DNA of 64,000 nucleotides from an uncultured Trueperaceae bacterium (GTDB lineage: Bacteria; Deinococcota; Deinococci; Deinococcales; Trueperaceae). A model generated the notes under the pieces. It made no database searches. It saw only the letters and a list, made by a program, of their open reading frames with translations, and was not told where the DNA came from. The stretch spans positions 224,001 through 288,000 of the forward strand of contig CAWCXJ010000006.1 of the NCBI GenBank assembly GCA_963799485.1, given 5' to 3'. The position numbers and the translations under genes were made by a program. Positions 39,225 to 49,255 of the stretch are shown piece by piece; the stretch's first letter is position 1, and each line of letters opens with the position of its first letter.

Positions 39225-41222
39225 TCAAACGTTTTCGGGGGCAGGCCGCTGCTTGTCCTGTCCCTGATACTGCAGTTCGTAAAGCTTGCGGTAGTAACCG
39301 CCCTGCTCCAACAGCTCGAAGTGGTTGCCCTGCTCCAACAATTGCCCCTTTTTCATCACCATAATCCGGTCGACGTTTTGAATCGTCGAAAGCCTATGCG
39401 CGATGATAATGCTCGTGCGGCCCTGCATGAGCTTTTCTAACGCGTCTTGAATCAGCTCTTCGGTTTCGGTATCGACGTTGGCGGTCGCTTCGTCTAGCAC
39501 GAGCAAGATATCCGGGTTTTGCACCAGCGCCCGGGCAAAGGCGATGAGCTGTTTTTGCCCGGTGGAGAACCCTGCGCCGCGTTCTCGAACCGGCGTGTCG
39601 TAGCCTTGCGGCAATTTTTCTATGAAGCCGTGCGCGTTGACGAACTTCGCGGCTTCGGTCGCGCGCGCTAAGGAGATATCGGGGTCATTCAAGGTGATAT
39701 TGCTCCGCACCGTCCCGCTAAACAAAAACGGGTCTTGCAAGACGATGCCGACGTGCCGCCGCAGTTCAATCTGGTCGTAATCCTTAACGTCTTTGCCGTC
39801 GAGCCTTACGTTGCCGCGCTGCACATCGTAAAAGCGGCTGACGAGACTGATAATGGTCGTTTTGCCCGCCCCGGTATGCCCGACGAACGCCACCGATTCA
39901 CCCGGCTCGATGGTAAAGTCCAGGTCGCGCAACACCCACTCGTCTTCGTTGTAGGAAAACCAGACCCGGTCGAACTCGACTTTGCCGCGAAACCCGGATT
40001 CGAAGGTGTCGGCGTCTTGTTCGGAAGTGACCTCTTCAGGCGTGTCTAAAAGCCCAAAAATCCGCTCCGCCGAGGCTGTCGCCGCCTGCAAGATGTTAAA
40101 ACGGTCGCTCAGGTTTTGGATGGGCCGGAAAAAGTCTTGTGAATACTGCAAAAACGCGGTCAACAGTCCGATGGTGATTGCGCTCTCTGCCCCGGCAGGG
40201 CTACCTGTAAGCAGCACCGCCCCGTAGTAGAGAATCAGCGCCACCGAGACCGCGCTGGTCAGCTGCACGACCGGAAAAAAGAGGCTGAACCAGCGCACCT
40301 GTTCGGCGTAGGCGTCGAGCAAGTCCAGATTGATGCGGTCGAACTCGCGTTCGTTACGCCGCTCGCGGTTAAAAAGCTGTACGGTCTTCATCCCCGAGAG
40401 GTTTTCGGACAAGTAAGCGTTCGACTTCGAGGTGCGCAGCCGCACCGCCCGAAACGCATCGCGGATACGGCTACGAACGTAATTGAGGACAAGGTACAAG
40501 ACGGGCATAACTGAAAGCGTAATCAGTGCGAGCTGCCAGTTGATGGCAAACATGTAGATCATTAGTCCGATGAGCAGACCCACATCGGCGATAATTCCGA
40601 CCACGCCGTCGACCACCGCTTGCTGAATTGCCTCGATGTCGCTGGTGACCCGCGTAATCAGCCGTCCGACCGGGGTGCGGTCAAAAAATCCCATATGCAG
40701 CCGCTGCACCTTGCTGAAAATCTCGCTGCGGATATCGAAAATCACGTGCTGACCGAGCCAGTTGACCAGGTAGGTGTAGCCGTAGCGAAGCGCGAAGTTG
40801 AGCGCCCGAAGGCCCATATAAATCAAGACCAGCGTCACGACGCCGTTATAGCGGGCGTTAGTAGAGAGTTCCGTGAAAGGTGCCGCCACCGGATTGAGGT
40901 AACGGTCGATCGCCAGCGTAATCAGGTAGGGGAAAACCGGGACGACCGCGCTGTAGATCAGTAGCAGCGCGATGGCCCAAAAGACGTGTGCACGGTAAGG
41001 GCGCAGGTAGCGCAGGAGTCGCCTCGAGACCCCCCCACTCAACTCTTGATTGACCGCTTCACCTTCTTCGTCGAAACGGCCTTCGCGCCGGAGCGCCGCC
41101 ACTTTGCGCCGCCGCACGCGCCGCGCCTGCTGTTTGGCTTCTTTGAGGTTGTAGTCGTCTATAGGCTGCACTTTTATAGGCTGAACTTTTGTGGACTGCA
41201 CGTTTACCTCGTCACGCGGCAT
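39225..41222 (-). CDS. Heterodimeric ABC exporter subunit (permease plus ATPase)
   Basis: TMD plus GHTGAGKTT, non-canonical signature FSTGQ, consensus LDEATA and AHR. Confidence 0.92.
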   Translation of the reverse strand: MPRDEVNVQSTKVQPIKVQPIDDYNLKEAKQQARRVRRRKVAALRREGRFDEEGEAVNQELSGGVSRRLLRYLRPYRAHVFWAIALLLIYSAVVPVFPYLITLAIDRYLNPVAAPFTELSTNARYNGVVTLVLIYMGLRALNFALRYGYTYLVNWLGQHVIFDIRSEIFSKVQRLHMGFFDRTPVGRLITRVTSDIEAIQQAVVDGVVGIIADVGLLIGLMIYMFAINWQLALITLSVMPVLYLVLNYVRSRIRDAFRAVRLRTSKSNAYLSENLSGMKTVQLFNRERRNEREFDRINLDLLDAYAEQVRWFSLFFPVVQLTSAVSVALILYYGAVLLTGSPAGAESAITIGLLTAFLQYSQDFFRPIQNLSDRFNILQAATASAERIFGLLDTPEEVTSEQDADTFESGFRGKVEFDRVWFSYNEDEWVLRDLDFTIEPGESVAFVGHTGAGKTTIISLVSRFYDVQRGNVRLDGKDVKDYDQIELRRHVGIVLQDPFLFSGTVRSNITLNDPDISLARATEAAKFVNAHGFIEKLPQGYDTPVRERGAGFSTGQKQLIAFARALVQNPDILLVLDEATANVDTETEELIQDALEKLMQGRTSIIIAHRLSTIQNVDRIMVMKKGQLLEQGNHFELLEQGGYYRKLYELQYQGQDKQRPAPENV

Positions 41223-43068
41223 CTAGAGATTCCTCGAGCTGCTGCCGTCTGTTGATGTCGGCGTACCAGCCGCCCGCTGCGACGAGCCGTGCGTGCGAAC
41301 CCTGCTCGACGACGCGGCCCCCCTCTAACACCAAAATAAAATCCGTCCCCTCAAACGCCGTCACGCGGTGCCCCACGATGAGGCTTGTGCGCCCCGTGGT
41401 CACGCGCTCTAAGTTTTCTAAAATCAGCGCTTCGGTCTGCGTGTCGACTGCTGAAAGAGCGTCGTCTAAAATCAAAATACTCGGGTCGCGCACAATCGCC
41501 CGCGCCATCGCGGTGCGTTGCCGCTGTCCGCCCGAAAGCGTGACGCCGCGCTCACCCAAAGAGGTGTCGTACCCCTGCGGAAAGTCCTCCACGTCACCGG
41601 CGAGCTGTACCAACCGCGCAACCTGCTGCGCCTGCGCCCGCGTCTTTTCTGGCGTCTCTTCCGGCACCCCGTAGGCGATATTTTCAGCAATCGTATCGGA
41701 AAACAAAAACGGTTCTTGCGGTACCAGGCCGATGTTTTCGCGGAGCACCGCCACCGGATACCGTTTGACGTTGACGCCGTCGACTAAAACTTCACCTTCA
41801 TCCGGGTCGATCAGCCGGGCGATCAGGTTGACTACAAGCGTTTTGCCCGAACCCGTGTGCCCGGTCAAGCCGACCTTGTGCCCCGCTGGAATCTTGAAGC
41901 TTACCCGGTCTAACGCAACTGTGTCACCAAAGCGAACGGTGACGTTCCGAAATTCAACCGCGCCCCGCACCGTTTCCAGGCTGGTATCGGTGTCGGCGTC
42001 GTCGCTAACGCTCGGTTGGGCGTCGAAGATTTCACGCAACCGTCCCCATGAGGTAAAGCCGCGCTGCGCCATCGACGCAATCCAGCCGAGCGCCAGAATC
42101 GGCCACTGTATCTGCAAAAACAAGAATAAAAAATCGATAAACCCGCCGATGTTAAAGTTGCCGCTCAAAATAGCCCGCCCACCGAAAAGCAGCAAAACCG
42201 AGACCGTAAGGCCGAAAAGCATCTCCATCAGCGGGAAGAGCGGCCCGTCGGCTTTGGTCAGCGACAAGTTGCGGCGGATAAACTCGTTGTTGAGCGCCCC
42301 GAAACGTTCGGTTTCGCGCGCCTCGATGCCGAAGCCTTTGACGACCCGGATACCGCTAAAGTTTTCTTGTGCCATCGCCGAAACATCCGAAAGCTGCGTC
42401 TGCACCGCTTCGTAACGCCTGATGACGACGCGCAGCAAGACAAAAAAGCTGAGCGTAATGAGCGGGACGATAATCAGCGTCAGCAGGGCCAGGTTCGCGT
42501 CCAGATTAAACATCCGCCAGAAGGTAAAGCTTAAGAGAAGCGCCGTATTAAGGCCCTGAAAGATGCCGACGCCGATAAACTGCCGCACAGCGTTGAGGTC
42601 GGCGGTCAGCCTTGCCATGAGGTCGCCGACGCGGGTATCGTCGTAGTAGTCGCTGCCCAGCCGGGTAAAATGGGTGAACAGGTCGTGGCGCATATCGAAC
42701 TGAATCTCCCACGAGGCGTTCAGCATCGAGCGGCGCACGATAATCATGGCAATCGACGCAATGACCGCGAGACCGAAAATGGCCAGGACGTAAACCCACA
42801 CTGAACCGACGGGTGGGTCTTGCAGCCTCGAGACGACCTCCCCGAACGAACCGGCCCCACTAAAAATTCCGTTAAAAAAAGCCCAGGGCGTGCCGAGGGT
42901 GAGGGTTCCGGCTTCAAACGCGGCGGCAGCTGCGCCGATGACGCGCGGCGTCTGCACAAACGCGGCGCTGTAAACGACGAGCATGACTGCGCCGAGAGTA
43001 AATGCGCCCGGATAACGGCGGACATAACGAAAAAGGTCTTTTAGGGTCTGCACACGGGCCTCCTGCAA
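41212..43068 (-). CDS. Heterodimeric ABC exporter subunit (permease plus ATPase)
   Basis: TMD plus GHTGSGKT, LSGGQ, degenerate Walker B LDDALS. Confidence 0.92.
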   Translation of the reverse strand: MQEARVQTLKDLFRYVRRYPGAFTLGAVMLVVYSAAFVQTPRVIGAAAAAFEAGTLTLGTPWAFFNGIFSGAGSFGEVVSRLQDPPVGSVWVYVLAIFGLAVIASIAMIIVRRSMLNASWEIQFDMRHDLFTHFTRLGSDYYDDTRVGDLMARLTADLNAVRQFIGVGIFQGLNTALLLSFTFWRMFNLDANLALLTLIIVPLITLSFFVLLRVVIRRYEAVQTQLSDVSAMAQENFSGIRVVKGFGIEARETERFGALNNEFIRRNLSLTKADGPLFPLMEMLFGLTVSVLLLFGGRAILSGNFNIGGFIDFLFLFLQIQWPILALGWIASMAQRGFTSWGRLREIFDAQPSVSDDADTDTSLETVRGAVEFRNVTVRFGDTVALDRVSFKIPAGHKVGLTGHTGSGKTLVVNLIARLIDPDEGEVLVDGVNVKRYPVAVLRENIGLVPQEPFLFSDTIAENIAYGVPEETPEKTRAQAQQVARLVQLAGDVEDFPQGYDTSLGERGVTLSGGQRQRTAMARAIVRDPSILILDDALSAVDTQTEALILENLERVTTGRTSLIVGHRVTAFEGTDFILVLEGGRVVEQGSHARLVAAGGWYADINRRQQLEESLDAA

Positions 43069-43145
43069 GCACCTAACCTATCACGGCCCTCCAAATGAGA
43101 GTTGCCCCGCCCTTACATGTGGTCTAGGTCTGGTCTATAGCTGGT

Positions 43146-44297
43146 TTAAGGGAGAACCCTGAGGATCACGAACTTGAGATAGCGCCCCTCGAGAAACCCT
43201 GCCGGCACAGGATGGTCAGCAGCGTGTCCCGCCTCGTGAACGACCTGGACGCGCACGCCCGCACTTGCCGCCGCCTCGGCCAAAACGCGGCGAAAATCCT
43301 CGGGTGAAACCTGCGCGGTGCAGCTTGCGGTGGCTAAAAAGCCGCCCGGTGATACGCAGCGGAGCGCCTGCGCGTTGAGTTTGGTGTACGCCCGGAGCGC
43401 CGCAAAACGGCTTTTTTTGTTATGTGCCAATGAGGGCGGGTCGAGGACGACAACATCGAACTTTTCTTTACGTTTTACATACTCGGAAAGCAGCGCAAAC
43501 ACGTCTGTACTTAAAAAGGTATGCGCCTCCGGGCCGAAGGCGTTAAGGGCAAAATTGCGTCTGGCGTCTTCGGTTGCAGCCGGGGCAATATCGACGCTCG
43601 TCACGTGCGCGGCTCCGCCCCGGAGTGCGTAAAGTGAAAACGCGCCGGTGTAGCTAAACAAGTTGAGGACGCTTCTGCCTGCCGTAAAACCGGCGAGCGT
43701 TTGCCGGTTGTCGCGGTGGTCTAAAAACAACCCGGTTTTCTGCCCGTCGTAAAGGTTGGCGAGGAGCTTCAAGCCGTTTTCCTGAACGGTTAGTTCCGGC
43801 GGCGGCAGCTGGCCCCACAAGGCTCTGGTTTCGCCGGAGTCTCTCGAGACCACCCCTTTAAGCCTGAGCGACATCCCGAGAAGCCGCGCCACCTCCGGGA
43901 CGAGCGCCGAAACACTTTCGCTGTAGCTTTTTAAGACCGCAAAACGTTCGTAACGGTCGGCGGTAATTCCCGGCAAAAAGTCGCCTTCGCCGTAAAGCAG
44001 GCGGTAGCTGTTGGTATCCGGCCCGATAATTTCTGCCCGTAGTTCAAGGGCGTCCCTCACGCGCCCCTCGAGCCACTTGCCTTCCGGCAGCGCAGCGCCG
44101 AAAAGCCGCACCGCAATCTGCCCGTCAGCGTCAAACAACCCGTAAGCTTCGGCGCTCCCGGCCTTGACCCTTACCCAGTCGCCGGTTTGTAGTGAATGTT
44201 TGGGCAGGTGATTGCGGTAAACCCACGGATGACCGGATTTTAGCGCGGCTTCGAGGGTGGGCTCGAGGGTGAGGGTCGCTTCAAGAGGTACTGACAC
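43146..44297 (-). CDS. RlmI/RlmK-like class I SAM-dependent rRNA methyltransferase
   Basis: GHPWVY PUA-like N-terminus, GQKTGLFLDHR, VLNLFSYTGAFS, VVLDPPS, DHP...YLK. Confidence 0.9.
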   Translation of the reverse strand: MSVPLEATLTLEPTLEAALKSGHPWVYRNHLPKHSLQTGDWVRVKAGSAEAYGLFDADGQIAVRLFGAALPEGKWLEGRVRDALELRAEIIGPDTNSYRLLYGEGDFLPGITADRYERFAVLKSYSESVSALVPEVARLLGMSLRLKGVVSRDSGETRALWGQLPPPELTVQENGLKLLANLYDGQKTGLFLDHRDNRQTLAGFTAGRSVLNLFSYTGAFSLYALRGGAAHVTSVDIAPAATEDARRNFALNAFGPEAHTFLSTDVFALLSEYVKRKEKFDVVVLDPPSLAHNKKSRFAALRAYTKLNAQALRCVSPGGFLATASCTAQVSPEDFRRVLAEAAASAGVRVQVVHEAGHAADHPVPAGFLEGRYLKFVILRVLP

Positions 44298-44326
44298 CCC
44301 TCAGCTTAACGAATTGCCGAAGAAAA

Positions 44327-44412
44327 GCAGTGAGTGAAAAGCTAATGAGCAATGAGAAAAGTTTTTACTCACTGCTTATTGCTCGGTACTCATTGCTCGG
44401 TACTCACTGCTG
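44327..44412. repeat. Heptamer-based palindromic intergenic repeat, copy 4
   Basis: gcagt gagtgaa aagctaat gagcaat gag ... ctc actgctt attgctc ggtactc attgctc ggtactc actgctg; overlaps the 3' end of the acetyltransferase gene. Confidence 0.8.
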
Positions 44413-45145
44413 CCTCGTAGTCGGTACGGTTGACGTAGCCGCTCGAGCCCCCGTACGACACGACCTGTCCGGCTCCGGCGACGATAACGGCGTCGTCCGG
44501 CACGTCTCTAACCACCACACAGTTGACGCCGACCGCGACGTTATCGCCGAGCTTTATCCCGCCGATGATTTTGGCTCCCGGTCCGATAAAAACGTTATCC
44601 CCGATTTGCGGCGTTCCCTGCCGCGCGCCCCGGTTCGACTGCCCAATCGTCACGCCGTGGCCGAGGTTGCAGTTTTTGCCGATGACCGCGCGACCGTTGA
44701 CCACGATATTGCCCAAGTGCTCTAAAAAAAGGCCCGGCCCGACCTTGGTCGTAGGCGGAATCCAGACGCCGTGTTTGTGCTGATAATGCCCGTACACGGC
44801 CCGCACGAACGGATAGAGCGTGCGGCGCAAGCGGGGCCGCGCCCGGCAAAAACTCGCGGTGCGAAACCAGAAAACGTGCTTGAACCCCATGTCGGTAGCG
44901 AGCGTTTTGAGGAAGGTTTTTAGCCCTGAACGCCCGGTTTTACGGTACAGGTCGGCGCGTAAAAGCTGACGGTAGCCGGGGCTCCTCTGAAGAGGCTGCG
45001 TTCGGGTTTCGACAAGGGATGTCGGCGCGGGACGCCTCGGCAAACGCTGCCGGTAGCTGCTCGGACGCGCCCGCAGCTGCGGCTGACGCGGTGTGAGACG
45101 CGCTTCGCCTGTCTTTTCGCCCATTTTGGGGTGTGGCTTGGTCAT
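44390..45145 (-). CDS. Serine O-acetyltransferase-like hexapeptide-repeat acyltransferase (probably for polysaccharide)
   Basis: KVGPGLFLEH, IGKNCNLGHGVTIG, PQIGDNVFIGPGAKIIG, VVVRDVP. Confidence 0.85.
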   Translation of the reverse strand: MTKPHPKMGEKTGEARLTPRQPQLRARPSSYRQRLPRRPAPTSLVETRTQPLQRSPGYRQLLRADLYRKTGRSGLKTFLKTLATDMGFKHVFWFRTASFCRARPRLRRTLYPFVRAVYGHYQHKHGVWIPPTTKVGPGLFLEHLGNIVVNGRAVIGKNCNLGHGVTIGQSNRGARQGTPQIGDNVFIGPGAKIIGGIKLGDNVAVGVNCVVVRDVPDDAVIVAGAGQVVSYGGSSGYVNRTDYEAAVSTEQ

Positions 45146-45214
45146 GCCGTCACTTTAGCGAGCTGAGAGGTTTTTCACGGGGAAGTGGTCACACCGCCGG
45201 GATCTAGCGGTAGT

Positions 45215-45922
45215 CTAGCGCGCCGCCAGATGTTTGGCGCGCCGTAAAATTGCGTCAAACATCGCCGGGGTCAGCCTGCCGGTATTGGTGTTTTGCAAAC
45301 TTACGTGATAGCTGTCGAGCAGCGGCAGTGTATTTTGGGGAGCACCTTCAAAGATGTGCTGCGCGCCGTGAGCGAATTTGTAGGCAGCCTTGGTCGGCGC
45401 GTAGCCGCGCCGCTGCAACAGCTCCAAGTAACTCTCGTGCGCGATTTTGCCGAGCGCTAAAACAACCCGGAGCTGCGGCAAGCCGGCGAAGTCGCGTTCC
45501 AGCCAGCTCTGGCAGTTTGTCAGCTCGTCTTTGGTCGGTTTGTTGCCGGGTGGCGCGCAGCGAGCCGCTGCCGTAATAAAGACGCCGTTAAGTATCAGCC
45601 CGTCCGCGCGGCTTTGAGCGACCGGCTGGTTCGCTAAACCCGCGCGGTAGAGTGCCGGGTAGAGAAAACCGCCCGAACCGTCGCCCGTAAACATCCGGCC
45701 TGTGCGGTTCGAGCCGTGTGCACCGGGCGCGAGACCCAAGAGCAAAATACGCGCCTCCGGGTCGCCGAAACCGGGAACAGGGCGGCCCCAGTACGGTTCA
45801 TTTCGGTAGCTGCGGCGCTTTTCGCGGGCGACCTGTTCACGGTGTTCGACCAGCCGCGGGCAGCGCGTACAAGTCAGCAGCGCGTCCGGGGCCGGGTCGT
45901 ACCCGGTCTCAGGCTCAGCCAA
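45215..45922 (-). CDS. Uracil-DNA glycosylase, family 5 (UdgB-like)
   Basis: CTRCPRL Fe-S ligands, GLAPGAHGSNRTGRMFTGD, YHVSLQNTNTGRLT. Confidence 0.92.
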   Translation of the reverse strand: MAEPETGYDPAPDALLTCTRCPRLVEHREQVAREKRRSYRNEPYWGRPVPGFGDPEARILLLGLAPGAHGSNRTGRMFTGDGSGGFLYPALYRAGLANQPVAQSRADGLILNGVFITAAARCAPPGNKPTKDELTNCQSWLERDFAGLPQLRVVLALGKIAHESYLELLQRRGYAPTKAAYKFAHGAQHIFEGAPQNTLPLLDSYHVSLQNTNTGRLTPAMFDAILRRAKHLAAR

Positions 45923-47075
45923 GCTCGAGTCCTGTCTTTAACCGCTCTAGCGCCTCATCGACAATCGCCGCCGAGGTTGCAAAGTTGAGCCGCGCGAAAC
46001 CTTCTCCGCCGGGGCCGTAGGGCGGGCCTTCGTTTAAGCCGACGCCGCACGCCAAAAGTTTCTCGTACACCGCGTCGCCCAGCTTCAGGCCGCTCAGCTC
46101 GAGCCACGCCAGATACGTCCCTTCCGGCGCACTGTAACGACCTTCCGGTAAGTAAGCCTCAGCAAATGTCGTCACCCGGTCACGGTTACGCTGCAGATAC
46201 TCCAAAGTTCCTGAGAGCCACGCGCTCCCCTCGGTATAGGCCACCCTCGCCGCCGTCTGCGCCATCACATTGGGCGGCGTCACGAGCCCTGCGCCCACCC
46301 GTTCCAGCCGCTCCCGCAGCGCCGCATTTTGGGCGATGACAAAGCCGATCTTAAGCCCGGCGATATTAAACGTTTTGGTCGGCCCCAAAAGCGTCACCGT
46401 GCGCTCGGCAATCTCGTCACCCAGCGAGGCAAACGGGATGTGCTGCTGACCGGGGTATACCAGGTCGCTATGCAGCTCGTCCGAGACGACCCACAAACGG
46501 TGCCGTAAAACAACCTCGGCTAACGCTCCCAACTCCCCCCGCTCAAACACCCGCCCGGTCGGGTTGTGCGGATTGCAGATCATCAGCAGGCGGGTTTCGG
46601 GCGTGATGGCGGCTTCCAAACCGTCTAAATCCATCTCCCACCGTGACCCCGACCAGACCAGCGGGCTGTACTGTAGGGCGCGTCCGCTGTCGTTTACGGC
46701 GGCGATAAAGGGCGGATAGATGGGCGTCTGCAAGAGCACCCCTTCGCCCGCCGAGGCGCACGCCAGCGCCCCCAGATAGAGGCCCGGCACGATGCCGTGA
46801 ACCGGCATGATGTCGCCCTCGTCTACCCCCCAGCCGTGCCGCTCGTGCAGCCACGCCGAGAGTGCCTCACGTAAGCCCGGTTCGCCCGTAGTGTAGCCTG
46901 TCGGATACCCCAGATTGCCACTCCGGGCGCGCTCGGCTAACGCCTGCGTAATCACGTCAGCGGGTGAAAAGTCCATGTCGGCGACCCACAAGGGCAACAC
47001 GTCGCCATCAAAATACGTCCACTTCCTACAGTTTTTTGCCCGCATCGCCTCGAGCGTTACATCAAAAGAGGTCAT
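45915..47075 (-). CDS. MalY/PatB family PLP-dependent cystathionine beta-lyase
   Basis: LPLWVADMDF, CNPHNPTG, SDELHSDL, TKTFNIAGL, EGTYLAWL, ARLNFA. Confidence 0.92.
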   Translation of the reverse strand: MTSFDVTLEAMRAKNCRKWTYFDGDVLPLWVADMDFSPADVITQALAERARSGNLGYPTGYTTGEPGLREALSAWLHERHGWGVDEGDIMPVHGIVPGLYLGALACASAGEGVLLQTPIYPPFIAAVNDSGRALQYSPLVWSGSRWEMDLDGLEAAITPETRLLMICNPHNPTGRVFERGELGALAEVVLRHRLWVVSDELHSDLVYPGQQHIPFASLGDEIAERTVTLLGPTKTFNIAGLKIGFVIAQNAALRERLERVGAGLVTPPNVMAQTAARVAYTEGSAWLSGTLEYLQRNRDRVTTFAEAYLPEGRYSAPEGTYLAWLELSGLKLGDAVYEKLLACGVGLNEGPPYGPGGEGFARLNFATSAAIVDEALERLKTGLELG

Positions 47076-47121
47076 CTGTAGAGTGTAGCAGCCGCCAGAC
47101 TCGAGCAACTAGACTGGTGGA

Positions 47122-48096
47122 ATGAAACTCCAGCTAAACGTCCCCGAATGGGCGACCGCCACCGTCTCCGACCTGACCGATATGGACCGGAACCCGCACC
47201 CGGTAGACGCCCGTAAAGTCGTAAGCTTTGCCTTAGAGCTACCTGATGATGTGTACTTCGAGTACGCCTTTTTAGATGCAGCGGGCAACATGCGCGCCGA
47301 CCCCGAACAAGGCGCGCGCGCCGACAATCCCTGGTACAAAGAGGTGAGCGCGGTTTACGGCCCCGAGTATGAGCCCAACCCTTACGCCAAACCAGATGAA
47401 ATGCCGGTAGGGGAGACGAAACGTTTGAGGCTCGAGTCCCGGCACCTGCAACAAACCAAACGCGTAAGTATCTACACGCCTAAAGGTTTTGAGACCGACC
47501 CGCTGCCGGTCGTGTACGTCCAAGACGGCGTGGCCTTGTACCGCTACGCCAAACTGCATTTGGTTTTAGAAAACCTTTTACGGGGCGCGCTGGTGCGTCC
47601 GGCGCACTTGGTCTTTCTCGAGCCCACCAACCGCACGCAAGAATACGGCTTTAACGAGGCGTACCGAAAATTCGTGTTGGAAGAAGCGCTGCCGCAGGTT
47701 GAAGAAACCGTTTCTGTTACCGACGAACGAACTGCTTTAGGTGCGAGCCTGGGCGGTCTCGTCAGCGTTCTTTTGGCGCTGGATAAACCCGAGTTGTTCC
47801 GCAGCGTGGTGAGCTTTTCCGGAGCTTTTTTAGGTGCGCCCGATGACCAGGACTTTTACCGGAGCAAACAGTCTTGGGTGCTTGACGAACTCAAACAACG
47901 CGACCGGTTGCCGCTGCGGTTTTATACCGAAGTCGGAACGTTAGAGTGGTTGACCGAGATCAACCGTAAAGTGGCGCACGTCTTAGACGACAAGGACTAT
48001 GCACATGTTTACGCCGAGCGCAGCGCGGGGCACAACTGGACGAACTGGAAAAACGGTTTTCGGGGGGCGCTGACGTTTGCACTCGAGGTAAACTAG
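47122..48096 (+). CDS. Alpha/beta-hydrolase esterase (enterochelin esterase-like)
   Basis: IYTP, VYVQDG, nucleophile GASLGG, GHNWTNW. Confidence 0.88.
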   Translation: MKLQLNVPEWATATVSDLTDMDRNPHPVDARKVVSFALELPDDVYFEYAFLDAAGNMRADPEQGARADNPWYKEVSAVYGPEYEPNPYAKPDEMPVGETKRLRLESRHLQQTKRVSIYTPKGFETDPLPVVYVQDGVALYRYAKLHLVLENLLRGALVRPAHLVFLEPTNRTQEYGFNEAYRKFVLEEALPQVEETVSVTDERTALGASLGGLVSVLLALDKPELFRSVVSFSGAFLGAPDDQDFYRSKQSWVLDELKQRDRLPLRFYTEVGTLEWLTEINRKVAHVLDDKDYAHVYAERSAGHNWTNWKNGFRGALTFALEVN

Positions 48097-48104
48097 AGGC
48101 GCTG

Positions 48105-48422
48105 ATGAATGTGCTCACCATTCAAGACGACCTGAAACTCGTTCGGCAGCTTGTCTTGGACGGGTTAGCTGACTGTCCCGCAAACGTGTATTTATTCGGC
48201 TCACGTGCCACCGGAACGTCTCGCCCCACTTCCGACATCGACGTGGCGGTGTGGCCACTCGCTGAGCTGCCCCGTGGAACGCTCGCGCTGATTCGTGAAG
48301 CGTTAGACGAAAGCCTCGTTCCTTTTACAGTTGATTTGGTAGATTTGCGCGATACCGATGAAGGATTTCGGGCGCGGGTTCTAGCTGAAGGGATAGCGTG
48401 GCACGAACCCAAGAACGTTTAG
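48105..48422 (+). CDS. Minimal nucleotidyltransferase (MNT) antitoxin
   Basis: YLFGSRATG...SDIDVAV (GS-x10-DxD) and VDLVDL. Confidence 0.9.
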   Translation: MNVLTIQDDLKLVRQLVLDGLADCPANVYLFGSRATGTSRPTSDIDVAVWPLAELPRGTLALIREALDESLVPFTVDLVDLRDTDEGFRARVLAEGIAWHEPKNV

Positions 48423-48796
48423 CAGTTGCACAAAAGGCGCTCGGTACGCTTCAGACTCTTTTGGCGACAAAAGAGGTATCGGATATTGTCAGAGACGCAG
48501 CGATTCAGCGGTTTGAATACAGTTTTGAAGCAGTCTGGAAAGCAGCACAAGCGTATTTGTCCGAAGAAGGACTTACGGCAGCGTCACCTCGAGCAACGAT
48601 TCGCGCCTCGCTCGCGGTCGGCGTGTTGGACGAAACCGCCACCAGACTTGCCCTCAAAATGCTTGACGACCGTAACCTAAGCGTCCACACCTATAACGAA
48701 ATGTTGGCTGAGGCGATCTTTGCTCGACTTGGTGAACACGCGCAGGTCATGGCGGCGTGGTTAGGGGAGATGGAACGTAGCGCGGCAAGGATTTGA
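48398..48796 (+). CDS. HEPN protein (HI0074-type nucleotidyltransferase substrate-binding family)
   Basis: DAAIQRFEYSFE..WK, SPR, RNLSVHTY (R-x4-H). Confidence 0.9.
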   Translation: MARTQERLAVAQKALGTLQTLLATKEVSDIVRDAAIQRFEYSFEAVWKAAQAYLSEEGLTAASPRATIRASLAVGVLDETATRLALKMLDDRNLSVHTYNEMLAEAIFARLGEHAQVMAAWLGEMERSAARI

Positions 48797-48846
48797 GTGC
48801 GCTTCTTCCGTTCGGCTTGACCTTGTGCTGCGCTAAACTGAGCAGT

Positions 48847-49038
48847 ATGACGCAAACCCTAAAAGAGAAGCTCGAGGCACTCCCTGAGCCGCTGCAAAAA
48901 GAAGAAGACTTCGTTGACTTCTTGCTGTCCAAACGTGCCGCAGAGAAGCCAAAAGGGTTTTCCTTCTCTTGGGCGGGGGGACTGAGCGATTTCAAAGAAG
49001 CAACGACTTCTGTTGCTTTGCAACATGGGATTCGGTGA
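48847..49038 (+). CDS. DUF2281-like small protein (orphan antitoxin-like)
   Basis: LEALPEPLQKEEDFVDFLLSK...FSWAGGLSD...TSVALQH. Confidence 0.7.
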   Translation: MTQTLKEKLEALPEPLQKEEDFVDFLLSKRAAEKPKGFSFSWAGGLSDFKEATTSVALQHGIR

Positions 49039-49042
49039 AGCG

Positions 49043-49255
49043 ATGATACCGAAGTATGAAGTTGTTAGCTTTTGGAGCAACGACGACGCCTTTATCGCTG
49101 AGGTTCCTGAACTGCCGGGATGCGCGGCGCACGGCGACACGCCCGAAACTGCACTGAGCCAAGCACAAGCAGCCATGCAGCTCTGGCTAAAGACTGCTGA
49201 GGAGTTCGGCGACTCTATCCCGGAGCCTAAAGGCCGCCGCTTGCTGTTCGCCTAA
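49043..49255 (+). CDS. HicB family antitoxin (no adjacent hicA)
   Basis: FIAEVPELPGCAAHGDTPETAL...GDSIPEP. Confidence 0.88.
   Translation: MIPKYEVVSFWSNDDAFIAEVPELPGCAAHGDTPETALSQAQAAMQLWLKTAEEFGDSIPEPKGRRLLFA

Noticed and set aside
39225..43068. Non-canonical ATPase motifs in the ABC pair
   Set aside because: One degenerate site is the normal arrangement of heterodimeric exporters such as TmrAB and BmrCD
44327..44412. Tandem repeats as a possible CRISPR array
   Set aside because: Units are contiguous 7-mers with no unique spacers, and there are no cas genes in the window
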